DNA of 42,524 nucleotides from assembly GCA_043759395.1 (NCBI GenBank), contig JAYVLR010000055.1:1-42524 (forward strand). The letters are read 5' to 3'. The stretch comes from Thiobacillaceae bacterium. GTDB taxonomy: Bacteria > Pseudomonadota > Gammaproteobacteria > Burkholderiales > Thiobacillaceae. Below are positions 1 through 9,400 of the stretch, one piece after another. The notes below the pieces were generated by a model. That model did no database searches and had not been told where the DNA came from. It saw nothing but the letters and a program-made list of their open reading frames with translations. The position numbers and the translations under genes were made by a program. Position 1 is the first letter of the stretch, and every line of letters begins with the position of its first letter.

Positions 1-45
1 TTCGTTCTCGGCAGAGGGTGTGGATGTCTGCGAAACCGGATCAGG

Positions 46-855
46 CTACGTTTGATCTGGTGTGCGCTCGTCCTGTTCCGGTTGCACGTCGCGACTGAAT
101 TTGCCGTCTCTGAAAACAGCCTGATTGTCGTAATAAGCCGCGTGTTCATTCGCGGCATCCCATCCCGGAATCCCGAACAGCGGCAACGGCGCGAACTGGC
201 TGGACGTGCTGATTGAAGCCAGCGCCGCAATGGCTTGTGCTTCGGTCTGCGCTGACCCGGATAGGCTGGGATCGGGTGTTGCGGAGGGTTTTAGCAGAAG
301 GCACTTGCCGGTCATCGCAGGATAGGGGCTGAGCATTTTTTCCAGCAGCGCGTGGCCGACGATGACAAACTGCATCTCCGTTTGTACCTGTCTGCGCTGC
401 GTCCAGAATAGTTGATGCCACTGCCGCTGCCGTAGCAAGTCTGCGAGCGCCTGATCCCGGCTCGTCACCCAGATGCCACTTTCGTCCATCATGGTGAGCG
501 CATCGCGCCGCTGCCCGCGTAGCGAGCTGGTTTCTGTCGTGAATGCGTCACCATGTGCGGCGTTGAGTGCCGCTTTAAATTGTGGAAATCGCAGCCAGAC
601 CAGCGCATTCATGACGTCGTGCCAATTATCGGGTCGTGTTGGAATGCAGCCGTTGGCGAGGATGTGGGTCTCATAATCACGCGCTGATAAATGCCCGTCT
701 GGAGCGGTGAAGCAGAGCGGCAGTTTGCGTGCGTTGGCCAGCCCGCGTGCGGTTGCCAGTGCGTTAAGTTCAGCCAGTTCGGGACGGTAGTGGGCAAGCG
801 CTAATTGCGTAATCTCGTCACGATAGGGTTCAAAGGCGGGATGCTGGAAGCGCAA
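46..855 (-). CDS. DUF3025-family protein (uncharacterised)
   Basis: 269-aa ORF with YE.HI..G.IPTR..NWHD..NALVWL.FP..KAALNA, RDALT..DESG and GHALLEK motifs that I recognise as this betaproteobacterial family. Confidence 0.7.
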   Translation of the reverse strand: MRFQHPAFEPYRDEITQLALAHYRPELAELNALATARGLANARKLPLCFTAPDGHLSARDYETHILANGCIPTRPDNWHDVMNALVWLRFPQFKAALNAAHGDAFTTETSSLRGQRRDALTMMDESGIWVTSRDQALADLLRQRQWHQLFWTQRRQVQTEMQFVIVGHALLEKMLSPYPAMTGKCLLLKPSATPDPSLSGSAQTEAQAIAALASISTSSQFAPLPLFGIPGWDAANEHAAYYDNQAVFRDGKFSRDVQPEQDERTPDQT

Positions 856-869
856 TGGGTGTGAGTGCC

Positions 870-1733
870 TTAGTGCAACGCCCCAGCCAGCGCCTGACGG
901 AATTTCTGGGTCAGGGGATGGCTTGATCCGAGCAAATCAAACAGGGCAAGCAGGCTGATGCGGCCAAGGTCGTGACGGTAGGAGCGGGCGTGCCTGGTCA
1001 GATACAAAAGCGCGTTCATCGCGGCGCCGTAATCGTTTGCGGCGAGCAGAACGGCGGCGAGTTGGTAACGGGCGGCGTGATCGTCCGGTGCCTGGGCGAG
1101 TCGCTCGTGCAGTTCGTCCAGCGTCGACGCGTTACGTGCGCTGGCGGCCAGGCTCAAGTGCGCGTGGAGCGGTGCGATGTCCGGCTCCAGCCGGGCTTCG
1201 GGCGGCAGGCTGTTGAGCAGTTTGAGCGCTTGTTCAGGCTCGCCTGCAGCCCACAGTATTTTTGCCAGATCGCGTGGGATCGCAAGTTTTTCAGGTTCGG
1301 CCATGGCGGCATTGGCGAGTAGCATGCGGGCTTGTTCGAGGTGGCCGGCGCGCCATGCGGCCAGCCCCTGGGCGTGGACGCGGTCGGCATCTCCGGCAAT
1401 GAAGCGATCAAGGATGGCGCGAAAGCTGCTCTCGGGGTCGGCGCCGTGAATCGTGTGAACGACTTCGCCGCGCAGAAAAAATTTGACGGTGGGAACCGAG
1501 GTCACCGTAAAGCGCTGTGACAGTGCGCCGAGTTCGTCGGTGTTCAACATCACCAGTAAAAATTTGCCGTTGTACTCGGTGGCGAGTTTGACGAGCCGGG
1601 GCATGAGTATGAAGCAGGGGCCGGCCTTGGGCGTCCAGAAATGCACCAGCACCGGACCTTTGTGCGAGTTCTCCAGCACCAGGCGGTTGAAATTTTCGGC
1701 GCTGGCGTCGAAGACGAATTTTGACAGGCTCAT
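870..1733 (-). CDS. Thioredoxin-fold/TPR co-chaperone (CnoX/YbbN family)
   Basis: N-terminal Trx fold (VLVHFWTPKAGPC, VTSVPTV) with a single active-site Cys, then a helical TPR-like C-terminus; 287 aa. Confidence 0.85.
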   Translation of the reverse strand: MSLSKFVFDASAENFNRLVLENSHKGPVLVHFWTPKAGPCFILMPRLVKLATEYNGKFLLVMLNTDELGALSQRFTVTSVPTVKFFLRGEVVHTIHGADPESSFRAILDRFIAGDADRVHAQGLAAWRAGHLEQARMLLANAAMAEPEKLAIPRDLAKILWAAGEPEQALKLLNSLPPEARLEPDIAPLHAHLSLAASARNASTLDELHERLAQAPDDHAARYQLAAVLLAANDYGAAMNALLYLTRHARSYRHDLGRISLLALFDLLGSSHPLTQKFRQALAGALH

Positions 1734-2770
1734 GGCAAATACCGTTGTGCAAAATCGTCGGCAGCCGCAACCAGTGCGCGGCTGATGCCAGGCTCAAATG
1801 CGGAATGTCCGGCATCGTCAATGATGACGTAATTCGCTTCCGGCCAGGCACGCGCCAGCTCGTCTGCGCTGACGATAGGGCAGACGGCATCGTAACGTCC
1901 CTGCACAATCGTGGTCGGCAGGTGGCGGATAGGTGAAAGCTGGTTGATCAAACTGTTCTCGGGCAGAAAAATATCGTTTACAAAATAGTGTGCTTCGATG
2001 CGTGCAAGCGACAGCGCGGTGTGGTCGGTGGCAAAGGCAGCCACCAGATTGGGGTCTGGGCGCAGCGTGGAACACGATGCCTCAAACGTGGCCCAGGCGC
2101 GCGCGGCAGGTAAATGAATCGCGGGGTCGGGATCGTTCAGGCGGCGGCGGTAGGCGTGCAGCAAGTCGCCGCGTTCGTCAGCCGGAATGAAGTCGGCCAG
2201 CGCGCGCTGCGCCTCGGGGAAGAATGCCTTGATGCCGTGCAGAAACCAGTCGATTTCGCTCGATCGGCACAGAAAAATACCGCGCAGTATAAAGCCCAGG
2301 CAATGCCCGGGGTGCGCTTCGCCGTAGGCTAACGCCAGCGTCGAACCCCAAGAGCCGCCGAATACCAGCCATTGTTTGATGCCGAGTTCGGCGCGCAATT
2401 GCTCCATGTCGGCGATCAGGTGGGGCGTGGTGTTGTCGGCCAGCTCGCCGTGCGGGGTCGAGCGCCCGCTGCCGCGCTGGTCAAACAGCACAATGCGATA
2501 ACGCGCCGGATCAAAAAAACGCCGCTGCACTGGCGACGTGCCGGAGCCGGGGCCGCCGTGAATGAAGACCACCGGGATGCCGTCCGGATTGCCGGACACT
2601 TCCCAGTAAATCTTGTGGATGCTGCCAGTGGCAAGGAAACCGTGAAGATGAGGTTCCAGAGATGGGTAGAGCGTGGTTGTTGCCGCTTTATCCGAAGGTG
2701 TATCCCTTGGGATAGCGGCTTTACAACCACGGCCTACCCCTTGCGGGCAGAGGGCGGAAATATCCGGCAT
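1730..2770 (-). CDS. pip: Proline iminopeptidase (alpha/beta hydrolase, S33)
   Basis: LYP..EP N-terminus, HGGPG, DQRGSGRS, GGSWG nucleophile elbow, GRYD, AGHS. Start placed at ATG 2770 (MPDIS) because the longer ORF overlaps the divergent gene. Confidence 0.93.
   Translation of the reverse strand: MPDISALCPQGVGRGCKAAIPRDTPSDKAATTTLYPSLEPHLHGFLATGSIHKIYWEVSGNPDGIPVVFIHGGPGSGTSPVQRRFFDPARYRIVLFDQRGSGRSTPHGELADNTTPHLIADMEQLRAELGIKQWLVFGGSWGSTLALAYGEAHPGHCLGFILRGIFLCRSSEIDWFLHGIKAFFPEAQRALADFIPADERGDLLHAYRRRLNDPDPAIHLPAARAWATFEASCSTLRPDPNLVAAFATDHTALSLARIEAHYFVNDIFLPENSLINQLSPIRHLPTTIVQGRYDAVCPIVSADELARAWPEANYVIIDDAGHSAFEPGISRALVAAADDFAQRYLP
2664..2739. repeat. 76-bp imperfect palindrome inside the 5' coding region of pip
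   Basis: GGGTAGAGCGTGGTTGT (2664-2680) pairs with ACAACCACGGCCTACCC (2723-2739) at 15/17; inner stems GCCGC/GCGGC and TATCCGAAGG/CCTTGGGATA. Confidence 0.8.
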
Positions 2771-2833
2771 GATGGTGTACTGTGTGAGCGATCTTTCGCA
2801 TAGTATCGCACCACGCAAACTCAACTCACTCCC

Positions 2834-3937
2834 ATGCCCACCTCTTTCAAATACGCCCACGCATCAAATCCAGACTGGACAACTGCAGCTCAGGATTGCA
2901 TGGCACAACTCGGTGCGATTCCCGCTGCGGCCAGCTTGGGTTTTCTGTATCTGTCGGATGACTTTGCCGGAGAGCTGGATGCGATTCTGGATTTCTTCAA
3001 AAGTGCGACCGGCGTGCCGCATTGGGTAGGAACGGTCGGCGTGGGCGTGTGCGCTACTGGCGTGGAATACCTGGAAGTGCCTGCGATGGCGTTGATGCTG
3101 GGGGAGTTTGAGGCAGCGGATTTTCAGGTGCTGCCAGTCCAGCGCACTGAACAGGACATTGCCGCACAGCCGCTGGATCAGGCTTACTTCGCGATGGTTC
3201 ATGGCGATCCGCGCAATGCCCAGATGCAGCAGCTGATCGAGGCGCTGTCCGCACGCATGAGCAGCGGATTTGTCGTTGGCGGCCTCGCCAGCTCGCGCGG
3301 CGATATGCCGCAGATTGCCGATGAGAAAACCTCGGGCGGGCTGTCGGGCGTGTGCTTCAGCGAAAACGTGCGGCTGGCGACACGGTTGACGCAAGGCGTG
3401 TCGCCGCTGGGCCCGCGCCACCAGATTACCGACGGCAAGAAAAACATCATCGCCACGCTGGACCGCCGTCCTGCGCTGGACGTGATGAAAGAAGAAATCG
3501 GCGAGGTGTTGTCGCGAGATCTGCGCCGCGCAGCGGGTTATATTTTTGTGGGCATACCGGTGCGCGGCTCGGATACCAACGACTATCTGGTGCGGAATAT
3601 CATCGGTGTCGACCCGGAGAACAATCTGGTTGCCGTGGGCGAACATCTTCAACCCGGCGATGAAATCATTTTTTGCCGCCGCGATCAGGCCAGCGCCGAA
3701 GAAGACTTGCAGCGCATGCTGGGTGCGATCAAGCAACAACTCAACGCACCCATACGCGGCGGCGTGTATTATTCCTGCCTGGGGCGCGGACAAAACATGT
3801 TTGGCGCGCCGAATCGGGAAATGGAATTGATACGTGAAACACTGGGTGATTTCCCCTTGGTCGGTTTTTCGGCCAATGGCGAAATTTCGCACAATCGCCT
3901 GTATGGCTATACCGGGGTGCTGACCTTGTTTGGCTAA
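2834..3937 (+). CDS. FIST domain signal-transduction protein (FIST_N + FIST_C)
   Basis: GGLASS, TQGVSPLGP, LD.RPAL, YLVRNIIG.D, YSCLGRG and PLVGF.ANGEI motifs; 367 aa. Confidence 0.88.
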   Translation: MPTSFKYAHASNPDWTTAAQDCMAQLGAIPAAASLGFLYLSDDFAGELDAILDFFKSATGVPHWVGTVGVGVCATGVEYLEVPAMALMLGEFEAADFQVLPVQRTEQDIAAQPLDQAYFAMVHGDPRNAQMQQLIEALSARMSSGFVVGGLASSRGDMPQIADEKTSGGLSGVCFSENVRLATRLTQGVSPLGPRHQITDGKKNIIATLDRRPALDVMKEEIGEVLSRDLRRAAGYIFVGIPVRGSDTNDYLVRNIIGVDPENNLVAVGEHLQPGDEIIFCRRDQASAEEDLQRMLGAIKQQLNAPIRGGVYYSCLGRGQNMFGAPNREMELIRETLGDFPLVGFSANGEISHNRLYGYTGVLTLFG

Positions 3938-3979
3938 ACCCGGCGGCTGAATCTGGACAAATTAGAGGAGAGACTGAAT

Positions 3980-4243
3980 ATGACCGTACATGCCATTAAC
4001 AAAAATGAAGCGCAGTTGTTGCGTAACGAAATCGAGATGTTGATTACCGAACGCGGGCAATTGTTGCAGGTCGTCGGTGCGGCCGCAGTGTTTGTTGCCA
4101 ATCTGGATACCAGCAAATTGCCGGACGACATGAGCACCATAGACGCGGCGGAAATGCTGGCAGAACAGATGAATGTGCTGTCCGAGGAAACGCTGAAAGA
4201 TGCGCTGGAGTCGGTGCAGGCCGAATTGCAACCCGAGGCTTAA
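3980..4243 (+). CDS. Small acidic helical hypothetical protein
   Basis: 87 aa; strong RBS (GAGGAG) upstream; co-oriented 42 bp after the FIST gene. Confidence 0.75.
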   Translation: MTVHAINKNEAQLLRNEIEMLITERGQLLQVVGAAAVFVANLDTSKLPDDMSTIDAAEMLAEQMNVLSEETLKDALESVQAELQPEA

Positions 4244-4581
4244 GAGCCTCATTGCACCGCCGGGGCAGGCGACGCTGATTGCCGCCCGTTTCAGGGCATA
4301 ACTAAACCAGTTTTTTGTTTTAAATTCACTTGCCAGGATTGCCCGCAGTCGTGCTGATCGCCAGTGTCTGACTGTTGCGGCGACACCCGGTGCCGATTCA
4401 TCGGGGTTTTCCCGTTCCAATCATAAGTTTCTTTTTGTCGTGCCAGGTGTCGCGGGCCGCCCCGCATTAAAGACAGGCTGGGGCGCTCGTGCTATCCTAT
4501 CGGGCTGATTTTCATGGATTTTTATTCGTTTTTCTTAATAATTTCGTTTTTCTTGATTTATATTTAATCTGGAGTTTTAAC

Positions 4582-5010
4582 ATGGTTGTTCAGCGTACTT
4601 TTTCCATTATCAAACCCGATGCCGTCGCCAAGAACGTGGTGGGCAAGATTGTGAGCCGTTTCGAAAGCAATGGCCTGAAAGTCGTGGCTTCACGGATGAA
4701 GCATTTGTCTCGCCAGGAAGCTGAAGGGTTTTACGGCGTTCATCGTGAGCGCCCGTTTTTCAAGGATCTGGTCGAGTTCATGATTTCCGGCCCGGTTGTG
4801 CTGCAAGTGCTGGAAGGTGAAAACGCGATTGCAAAAAACCGCGAGCTGATGGGTGCAACTGACCCGAAAAAGGCCGACGCGGGAACCATCCGTGCAGATT
4901 TTGCCGAGAGCATCGATGCGAATGCGGTTCATGGTTCGGATGCGCCTGAAACTGCGGCGGTAGAAATTGCCTATTTCTTCCCTGCATGCGAAGTCTATAG
5001 CGGTCGTTAA
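4582..5010 (+). CDS. ndk: Nucleoside diphosphate kinase
   Basis: [19 protein letters not shown] and NAVHGSD (catalytic His); GGAG RBS before ATG 4582. Confidence 0.98.
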   Translation: MVVQRTFSIIKPDAVAKNVVGKIVSRFESNGLKVVASRMKHLSRQEAEGFYGVHRERPFFKDLVEFMISGPVVLQVLEGENAIAKNRELMGATDPKKADAGTIRADFAESIDANAVHGSDAPETAAVEIAYFFPACEVYSGR

Positions 5011-5018
5011 TCCCCGTA

Positions 5019-6188
5019 ATGCCACAAAACCTGCTCGATCTTGATCTCGCTGGACTGACCGCCTGGTTGTCAGAACTCGGCGAGAAAGCCTTTCGCGCGA
5101 AGCAGGTGTATCACTGGATTCACCAGGCGGGTGTGGCTGACTTTGGGCAGATGACCGACATCGCCAAATCGCTGCGCGAAACCTTGCAGCAGCGGGCGGT
5201 GGTCGCCGCATCGCAGGTTAATTTTGCGCATACGTCCGGTGATGGCACACGCAAATGGCTGTTCGATGTGGGGGCAGGTAAAAGCGCTGCCGGCGATTTT
5301 CCCGGCAGTGGTCAAATCGTGCGCAATGGCATTGAAACCGTGTTCATTCCGGAAGAAGACCGCGGAACCTTGTGTGTGTCGTCGCAAGTGGGTTGTGCGC
5401 TGGAATGTACGTTCTGTTCGACCGGACGGCAGGGCTTTAATCGCAACCTTTCGGTTGCGGAAATCATCGGCCAGCTCTGGTATGCCAATCACGTTCTGCG
5501 CGGTGCGGACAACCGCCTTGGCCGGGCGGACAACTACGCGGGCAACGTGTCTGCGGAGCGCCCTGTGACCAATGTGGTGATGATGGGCATGGGCGAGCCG
5601 CTGGCCAATTTCGAAAACGTCGCCACGGCGCTGGGCATCATGCTCGACGATCATGCTTACGGTCTGTCGCGTCGGCGCGTGACGGTGTCCACGTCGGGCA
5701 TCGTGCCGGCAATGGATCGGCTGGCCGAGCGCTGCCCGGTAGCCTTGGCGGTGTCATTACATGCGCCAAACGATGCCTTGCGCGACCAGATTGTGCCGAT
5801 CAACAAAAAATATCCGCTGGCCGAGTTGATGGCGGCGTGTCGGCGTTATCTGGCGGTCGCGCCGCGTGATTTCATTACCTTTGAATATGTGATGCTGGCG
5901 GGAGTCAACGACCGGCCGGAACACGCGCGCCAGATTATTGAGCTGGTGCGCGATGTGCCGTGCAAATTCAATCTGATTCCGTTCAACCCTTTCCCGGATT
6001 CGGGTTATGAAAAACCCGGCGCAGAATCGCTGCGCATATTCCGGCAGATTTTGCAGGATGCGGGGCTGGTCGTGACCACGCGCAAGACCCGTGGTGATGA
6101 TATTGATGCGGCCTGCGGACAATTGGCGGGCCAAGTGGCAGACAAGAGTGGGCGAGTGATGAAACGGTTGAACCGGGAGGCGGCGTGA
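5019..6188 (+). CDS. rlmN: 23S rRNA/tRNA m2A methyltransferase, radical SAM
   Basis: CxxxCxxC (CALECTFC), MGMGEP, AACGQL; canonical position after ndk. Confidence 0.97.
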   Translation: MPQNLLDLDLAGLTAWLSELGEKAFRAKQVYHWIHQAGVADFGQMTDIAKSLRETLQQRAVVAASQVNFAHTSGDGTRKWLFDVGAGKSAAGDFPGSGQIVRNGIETVFIPEEDRGTLCVSSQVGCALECTFCSTGRQGFNRNLSVAEIIGQLWYANHVLRGADNRLGRADNYAGNVSAERPVTNVVMMGMGEPLANFENVATALGIMLDDHAYGLSRRRVTVSTSGIVPAMDRLAERCPVALAVSLHAPNDALRDQIVPINKKYPLAELMAACRRYLAVAPRDFITFEYVMLAGVNDRPEHARQIIELVRDVPCKFNLIPFNPFPDSGYEKPGAESLRIFRQILQDAGLVVTTRKTRGDDIDAACGQLAGQVADKSGRVMKRLNREAA

Positions 6189-6961
6189 AAAGAATAGTCG
6201 TGGTGTTAAGTCTGGTACTGGCGGCGTGTGCGCAACAGCCGGCCGGATCGAACAGTTCGAGCAGCCCTGGCAATAATGCGCCGGATAATGAGGTGCAACA
6301 ACGCGCGCGCGCGTTTACCGACCTGGCGGGCGCGTACTTTCAGCGCAGCCAATACAAGGTTGCCCTGGATGAATTACGCAAGGCGATCCAGGTTGACCCG
6401 AGCTTTGGCCCGGCTTACAACATCTACGGCCTGGTTTATATGGAACTGGCTGAAGACAAGCTGGCGGAAGATTACTTTCGCCGGGCGATTGAGCTCAATC
6501 AACACGATTCCGAATCTCACAATAACTACGGCTGGTTCCTGTGTACCCGTAGCCGCTACGACGAGGGCCTAGCGCAATTTTCCGTGGCGCTGAAAAATCC
6601 GCTGTATGCCTCGCCCGAGCAAGCCATGGCCAATGCCGGCATGTGTGCGGAAATGAAAGGCGATCTGGCGCTGGCCGAAGCCAATCTGACGCGCGCATTG
6701 AAGTTGCAACCCGATAATGCGCAAGCCTTGATTAAAATGGCGGGATTGAATTTCCGCCAGGGCAAGCTGGAAGAAGCGCAGCGCTTGCTGGCACGCCATA
6801 GTGAAGTCGCGCCGCCCAGCGCCGAGAGTCTATGGCTGGGCGTGCGCCTCGAACGCAAATCGGGTAACCGTACGCAGGAGGCTGCCTACGGTCTGCAATT
6901 GCGCAAACGCTTCCCGGACTCGAACGAGGCGCGTTCATTGTTAGCAGGACAGTACGAATGA
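6185..6961 (+). CDS. pilW: Type IV pilus biogenesis/stability TPR lipoprotein (PilW/PilF)
   Basis: Lipobox [15 protein letters not shown] repeats; position between rlmN and rodZ. Confidence 0.9.
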   Translation: MKRIVVVLSLVLAACAQQPAGSNSSSSPGNNAPDNEVQQRARAFTDLAGAYFQRSQYKVALDELRKAIQVDPSFGPAYNIYGLVYMELAEDKLAEDYFRRAIELNQHDSESHNNYGWFLCTRSRYDEGLAQFSVALKNPLYASPEQAMANAGMCAEMKGDLALAEANLTRALKLQPDNAQALIKMAGLNFRQGKLEEAQRLLARHSEVAPPSAESLWLGVRLERKSGNRTQEAAYGLQLRKRFPDSNEARSLLAGQYE

Positions 6962-7797
6962 GCGATCAGGAAAGCCCTCTCGGAGCGCAGCTGCACCAGG
7001 ATACCGTGGGCGCGATCTTGCGCCAGGCGCGTGAGGCACAAGGCTTGACGGTGCAGGAGGCGGCAACCCGTCTGCGCTTGATGAACCGGCAGATTGCCGC
7101 GATGGACGCAGATGATTTTTCAGTTCTGGGCCAGCCCGTTTTTGCCCGTGGGTTTGTACGCAATTACGCCCGCTTGCTGGGGCTTGATCACGCCGCGCTT
7201 TTACAGCAAATGGGCGGCGACAGCAGTGAGCCAGTCGGGGTGGTGCAAGCCGCGCCCATTGAGGTTTCGGGATCGTGGTTAAGCTCGCCCTGGCTGCTGG
7301 CAGTGAGCCTGGGTTTAATGTTATTGATTGCGGTACCGATTGCGCTTTATGCTTGGCTCAATAGCGGCGACGAAGAAGTTAGCGCTGCGGCACACAAGCG
7401 CGCGCCCGCTACGGTGGCACCTGCATTGGCTGTTGTGCCAATGACCGCCGCGCCGCTGCCTGCGGTAGTGCCGCCAGTCTTGCCTGTTGCAGAACCCGTC
7501 GCGGTAACGCCCGTGGCACCCCATGCCGCGACCGCGACAGTGACCCTGCCTGTGTCAAAATCCGAGATGCATTTCGAGTTTGCCGCCGCTGCCTGGGTTG
7601 AAATCAAGGATGCGACCGGGCGGTTGGTGCATCGCCAGATGAATCCGGCTGGAAGCAGTGCAGATGTGAGTGGCCAGCCGCCTTTCAGCCTGGTGATTGG
7701 CAACGCGTCGGAAGTACGCATGACCTACAATGGCCGCCCGCTTGATCTCGCGCCGTTTATCGAAATCAAGGTCGCGCGCTTTAGTCTGGAAGAGTAA
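6958..7797 (+). CDS. rodZ: Cytoskeleton protein RodZ (HTH-TM-DUF4115)
   Basis: G..LRQAREA.GL, F.RGFVRNYA.LL, one TM helix, Pro/Ala linker, WVEI.D...IGNA C-terminal domain. Confidence 0.9.
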   Translation: MSDQESPLGAQLHQDTVGAILRQAREAQGLTVQEAATRLRLMNRQIAAMDADDFSVLGQPVFARGFVRNYARLLGLDHAALLQQMGGDSSEPVGVVQAAPIEVSGSWLSSPWLLAVSLGLMLLIAVPIALYAWLNSGDEEVSAAAHKRAPATVAPALAVVPMTAAPLPAVVPPVLPVAEPVAVTPVAPHAATATVTLPVSKSEMHFEFAAAAWVEIKDATGRLVHRQMNPAGSSADVSGQPPFSLVIGNASEVRMTYNGRPLDLAPFIEIKVARFSLEE

Positions 7798-7802
7798 TCC
7801 TA

Positions 7803-7913
7803 GGGAAGCGCTGATTAATTCGTCATTCCCGCGAATGCGGGAATCCAGTGCCTTGATTTGACTGGGTTTCCGCTTGCGCGGAAACGACGAAATCGAATTA
7901 ATCAGTGCCTCCC
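7803..7913. mobile_element. MITE-like element carrying an inverted pair of CGTC-type REP palindromes
   Basis: Terminal IRs GGGAAGCGCTGATTAATTCG / CGAATTAATCAGTGCCTCCC (18/20). Inside: CGTCATTCCCGCGAATGCGGGAATCCAGT (7821-7849) and an inverted degenerate copy (7861-7889). CTAG at 7800-7803. Confidence 0.7.
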
Positions 7914-7915
7914 GG

Positions 7916-8141
7916 GAAACCGCAGTTGGCCGTTCCCTTCTTTTTGGAATACTGCATGAACGCTAAATTTTTCCTCGCTAAACAATTTCACCCTATGGGT
8001 GGGAGCGCTACGCGTCCGCTGGCACGTCCAGTCAAGCGTCTGGTTTTGTCGCTCCTCCTTGCCTGCTCCGGTAGGCCGCGTCATCGCTTCGCACCAGCCA
8101 CTCGCCTGAACGCACCATCGGGCGCGTCCAACTACGGTCTC
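7916..8141. mobile_element. Second MITE-like element (~225 bp)
   Basis: Terminal IRs GAAACCGCAGTTGGCCGTTCCC (7916-7937) and GGGCGCGTCCAACTACGGTCTC (8120-8141) match at 17/22; ends in CTAG (8141-8144); self-complementary interior. Confidence 0.6.
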
Positions 8142-8145
8142 TAGG

Positions 8146-9387
8146 ATGATGCCAACCTCGATTTCAAACAGTCCTGTTTTGCGTCGCGCCAGCCGACAGG
8201 TTCAGATCGGTTCGGTTCTGGTGGGCGGTGATGCGCCTGTCGTTGTGCAGTCGATGACCAATACCGATACCGCTGACATTGCCGCCACGGTGCGTCAGGT
8301 ACAGGCATTGGCCGAGGCGGGTTCGGAGCTGGTGCGGATCACGGTCAATACGGTCGAGGCGGCCGCAGCCGTACCGCGTATTCGCGAGCGTCTCGACGTG
8401 TTTGGCTGTGCTGTGCCGCTGATTGGCGACTTTCATTTCAATGGCCACAAGCTGTTGACCCAGGTGCCGGAATGCGCCGAAGCGCTGGGCAAGCTGCGTA
8501 TCAATCCGGGCAACATCGGGCGCGGCGAAAAACGCGACGAACAGTTCGCCACGCTGATCGAAGCCGCATGCAAATACGATAAACCGGTGCGTATCGGGGT
8601 CAATTGGGGCAGTCTGGATCAGGTGCTGGCGGCGCGCATGATGGATGAGAATGCGCAATCTGCGCAGCCGGCCGAGGCCGATGTGGTGATGCGCCGCGCG
8701 TTGATTGCGTCCGCACTTGAATCGGCGCACAAGGCCGAAGCACTCGGATTGGGTGGCAATAAAATCATCCTGTCGTGCAAGATGAGCCGGGTTCAGGATT
8801 TGATTGCGGTGTACCGCGAGCTGGCCGCGCAGTGCGACTATCCGCTGCATTTGGGCTTGACCGAAGCGGGTATGGGTTCCAAAGGAATCGTTGCCTCGAC
8901 TGCTGCGTTGTCGGTGTTATTGCAGGAAGGCATCGGCGACACGATCCGTATTTCGCTCACGCCCGAACCGGGCGGTGCGCGCACCAAAGAAGTCCAGGTG
9001 GCGCAGGAGATTTTGCAGGCGTTGGGTTTGCGCGCCTTCACCCCGCAAGTCATCGCCTGTCCTGGATGCGGACGCACCACGTCAACGGTGTTTCAGGAAC
9101 TGGCTGCCGACATCGAAACGTATTTGCGCGAACAGATGCCGCTGTGGCGTGCGAGCTATCCCGGTGTCGAGGCCATGCAGGTTGCGGTGATGGGCTGTGT
9201 AGTTAACGGTCCCGGCGAATCCAGACATGCCAATATTGGTATCTCGCTGCCTGGAACGGGCGAAGTCCCCGTCGCGCCGGTCTATGTCGATGGTGAAAAA
9301 ACCGTCACGCTGAAAGGCGTACGCATCGCCGCAGAGTTTCAGGCGATTGTTGAAGACTATGTGCGCACGCGTTATGGCGTGCGCTGA
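8146..9387 (+). CDS. ispG: HMBPP synthase (GcpE)
   Basis: [36 protein letters not shown] and [10 protein letters not shown] motifs. Confidence 0.97.
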   Translation: MMPTSISNSPVLRRASRQVQIGSVLVGGDAPVVVQSMTNTDTADIAATVRQVQALAEAGSELVRITVNTVEAAAAVPRIRERLDVFGCAVPLIGDFHFNGHKLLTQVPECAEALGKLRINPGNIGRGEKRDEQFATLIEAACKYDKPVRIGVNWGSLDQVLAARMMDENAQSAQPAEADVVMRRALIASALESAHKAEALGLGGNKIILSCKMSRVQDLIAVYRELAAQCDYPLHLGLTEAGMGSKGIVASTAALSVLLQEGIGDTIRISLTPEPGGARTKEVQVAQEILQALGLRAFTPQVIACPGCGRTTSTVFQELAADIETYLREQMPLWRASYPGVEAMQVAVMGCVVNGPGESRHANIGISLPGTGEVPVAPVYVDGEKTVTLKGVRIAAEFQAIVEDYVRTRYGVR

Positions 9388-9400
9388 GTCAAAACCATTA

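Noticed and set aside
1-45. rnpB (RNase P RNA), often near DUF3025 genes
   Set aside because: No conserved rnpB sequence recognisable in these 45 bp
7902-8144. ORFs 7905..8144 (+) and 7902..8084 (-)
   Set aside because: They lie within the MITE-like repeat, have no clear RBS and show no protein motif
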